From assembly GCA_001687465.1 (NCBI GenBank), contig LVLI01000255.1, forward strand, positions 62,001 through 99,134: DNA of 37,134 bases, read 5' to 3'. A model generated the notes under the pieces. That model saw only the letters and a program-made list of their open reading frames with translations. It was not told the origin of the DNA and made no database searches. Below are positions 35,201 to 37,134 of this stretch, piece after piece. The position numbers and the translations under genes were made by a program. This stretch comes from Halocafeteria seosinensis (taxonomy: Eukaryota). Numbering within the stretch: position 1 is the stretch's first letter; each line of letters starts with the position of its first letter.

Positions 35201-37134
35201 AAACTAGACACACCCTGAAAAGTTCCGTTGACCTCAATATCGACGCTTTCGATTGCGATAGGTTTCGGTTCTCCGGAAATTGCTAATGTTCCTCCTAAAG
35301 AAACGTCGATATCCATTGCAAGGACAATGGGGAATGCAGTGGGCGCTGTGGTTTGGTCCGGTGGTTGAGATGCACTAGGTGTTTGCGAGCTACCTACGCA
35401 AGTTGACGAAGGCGAAGCGGTCTTATTCGGTGTAGTCCGATATCCAGCGTCAGGCACCGCAAGTAATGTGCCAGTCTCCGCTGTTTGCGAGGTGTTAGGG
35501 CAAGTTGACCCAGGCGAGCCTGTGTTATTTAGGTATGCTGTGTCAGGCACACCATGTGGTGTGACAGTCTGCGCTGTGGTTTGGTCCGGAATTTGAGATT
35601 CATTAGGGCTTCGCCAGCTACCTAGAGCAGTTGAGAAGGAAAAGACAGTGTTATTCGGCGTTCTAGAGACACGTACACCATGTGATGTGCATGGCTGTGC
35701 TGTCGTCTGGTCCGGTGTTTGAGATCCAGTAGGCTTTTGCAAGCTACGTACCGAAGTAGAGGAAGGCAAGCTCGTAGCATTCGGAGTACTCAGATATCCA
35801 GTATGAGGAACAGCAGGTGAGCGGGCAGTACTACTAGGTGTTGATGTCCATGTGCAGGGAGTACCGGTAGCACCTACGCTTATGGCAGATTCTGCATGGT
35901 TAGTTGCAGTCGGAGTAGGAGTCGGGAACACAGACAAGCGTTTCACACTTGAATCACTGACCGGCCTGAAAACAGGGGTCGCCCCAGTTGCATCCACACT
36001 ACACGCATCTGATATTTCCACACATTGGCCGTCCGAAATTTGCATATGTCCCGTTAAGTCGCCTTCAAGCTTCCCAATGATAAAAGTCTCATTATTCGCC
36101 ACAGCGTCTGGTAGACTAACGCTAGTTCGTCCATTTCTAACTACTCGGAGAGTTCCCAACGAGAGGTTACTCCCTGAAGATGATATGAGCGTTCTCCCAC
36201 CCCATAAATTATCCTTCAGCGTCTTTTCGTTGTCAACGATCAGTATGCCACCATAACCGGAACTGCAGTCAAAAAACATCGTACCGGCCGCAGATCGGTG
36301 GGACGCTGAACCGTCATATCCTCCAAACGCATCAATTCCATCAAGATGGGTCGAACTTTCACCGACGAAGGCACTACAATGGACAGCAAGTCGCCCACCA
36401 CCACCCCCTTGACACAGCGTGGATGATGTACATTCACCTTTGCCCCCGGTGACATGTATATCGCCTTCAAACGCTTTCAGGTGCTTTGCCTGTAGAAGAA
36501 AACTGCCACCCGCACCACCCCCTAGTCTGCATAGCCACAGGAATGATACACAGCAGTACTAGTTACAGAACGGACGTACGCGTCAATCTCAGGAAACATA
36601 CCTCTCAGATGCAGTACCCACTACTGGGACAGCATCTGCTCCACTTAAATCAATCTTCCCATACAAAGTACATGTATCGTTCACGGTAACTTCCAAAGCA
36701 GCACCTCCTGCTCCACCACTTATTTCCCTGCTGTGTCCAACAGCACAACCACCACTCCCTAGCTCGCGTGGATAAAATATATCACCGTACGCTAGACTCT
36801 CCCCAATGGCGTCCGTTACATTTTCAAACAGTCCTATGCCACCGTAAGATCCCCCAAGTCCCCAAGGATGCACTTTACTCGACGATATCGGAGTCCCAGG
36901 TCCTTGGCATGGTGCATGACCTCTGCCTACTCCATCTAGTATCGTTTGCGGATCAGTATGGAATGNGCTTGCGGTGAAGTGGGTATACGCAGGTAAGTGA
37001 AATCGAGAGCTTGCGTGTAGCATGACCTGGTTTTCAAATTGAAGCTCCGCATTCTGCGTTTCCAATACCATATCTGTTTCATCTTTAAGAGCGAAATTGA
37101 TCCCTTGGAGCTCAATACGGGTCGAAGCTGAGAT
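17243..37134 (-). CDS. Giant cell-surface multi-pass receptor/adhesin, 5'-partial, >6400 aa; exons 37134-36602, 36526-34454, 34376-33024, 32959-31634, 31562-30288, 30213-28669, 28599-27226, 27164-25716, 25643-23205, 23132-17243
   Basis: Nine GT-AG introns (61-77 nt) join the separate ORFs into one frame of 19257 nt that is open to the window edge. Order: repeated Gly-rich/beta-rich modules (GGSHGG..YGD..P..GSGGC | GGGAGGS..GGGGGRIA..GAGT), then S/T/P stalk, Ig-like beta region, Cys-rich ephrin-receptor-like repeats (CLPCSAGSFQ..CRPCPSGFF; CSTGYAGPVCSQCTEGY), ~7-8 TM segments and a basic cytoplasmic tail. Confidence 0.88.
21710..21885 (-). repeat. Ser/Thr/Pro mucin-like stalk in the giant receptor
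   Basis: PTPTTSPTPSHTPSTSTTPSVTASASVTPSWTASPSASSSHTATPTSSITASVTPS. Confidence 0.85.
23133..36601 (-). repeat. Tandem array of eight complete homologous exons (1275-2439 nt) flanked by nine position-conserved phase-2 introns
   Basis: Introns at 36527-36601, 34377-34453, 32960-33023, 31563-31633, 30214-30287, 28600-28668, 27165-27225, 25644-25715 and 23133-23204, each just before GG(G/A)(A/S)GGS. Internal exon lengths 2073, 1353, 1326, 1275, 1545, 1374, 1449 and 2439 are all multiples of 3. Confidence 0.9.
35340..35930 (-). repeat. Internal ~40-aa Thr/Ser/Pro tandem-repeat insert in one repeat exon
   Basis: Copies: PNATSLPSST...SQTPDQTTAQ, PNNTVFSFST...SQIPDQTTAQ, LNNTGSPGST (partial), PNKTASPSST...SQPPDQTTAP. 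At DNA level, tggtccgg...ttgagat recurs near 35354, 35582 and 35708. Confidence 0.85.

Noticed and set aside
36966..36966. Ambiguous base (n) in the first partial exon of the giant gene
   Set aside because: Assembly ambiguity; the frame is preserved on both sides.
2849..36977. Numerous 60-216-aa antisense or alternative-frame ORFs (e.g. 2970-3518, 14039-14689, 15207-15827, 30867-31415)
   Set aside because: They overlap well-supported genes and have no recognisable motifs; these are expected shadow ORFs.
25600..37134. Separate paralogous genes or a frameshifted pseudogene, as the fragmented ORF track suggests
   Set aside because: Every break is explained by a 61-77-nt GT-AG intron at the same position and phase, giving one continuous frame.
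1..37134. tRNA, rRNA, CRISPR array or prokaryotic operon/terminator features
   Set aside because: None recognisable by eye, and the window is eukaryotic. Small ncRNAs cannot be excluded without an Infernal/tRNAscan search.

Overview
Gene-dense eukaryotic DNA, probably from a protist (lineage is inference only). It has short canonical GT-AG introns (60-90 nt), and I see no RNA genes, CRISPR arrays or recognisable transposases. Manual splicing gives six genes. (1) A ~2006-aa ADCY10-type soluble adenylyl cyclase + STAND P-loop NTPase fused to a C-terminal class I cyclic-nucleotide phosphodiesterase (2512-8595, +). (2) A makorin-like C3H/RING E3 ligase (8866-10737, +). (3) A UCP-like mitochondrial carrier (11066-12106, +). 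(4) A 6TM-PAS-degenerate histidine kinase-receiver protein (12191-15054, -). (5) A 7-exon SWIM + RING protein (15468-17014, +). (6) The 3' part (>6400 codons) of a giant multi-pass surface receptor/adhesin (17243->37134, -). Its ectodomain is a tandem array of symmetric phase-2 exons, with all nine introns at the same position inside a Gly-rich repeat domain. The cyclase-NTPase-PDE fusion and the symmetric-exon receptor array are the two most notable candidates. All calls come from motif recognition by eye; no database searches were run.
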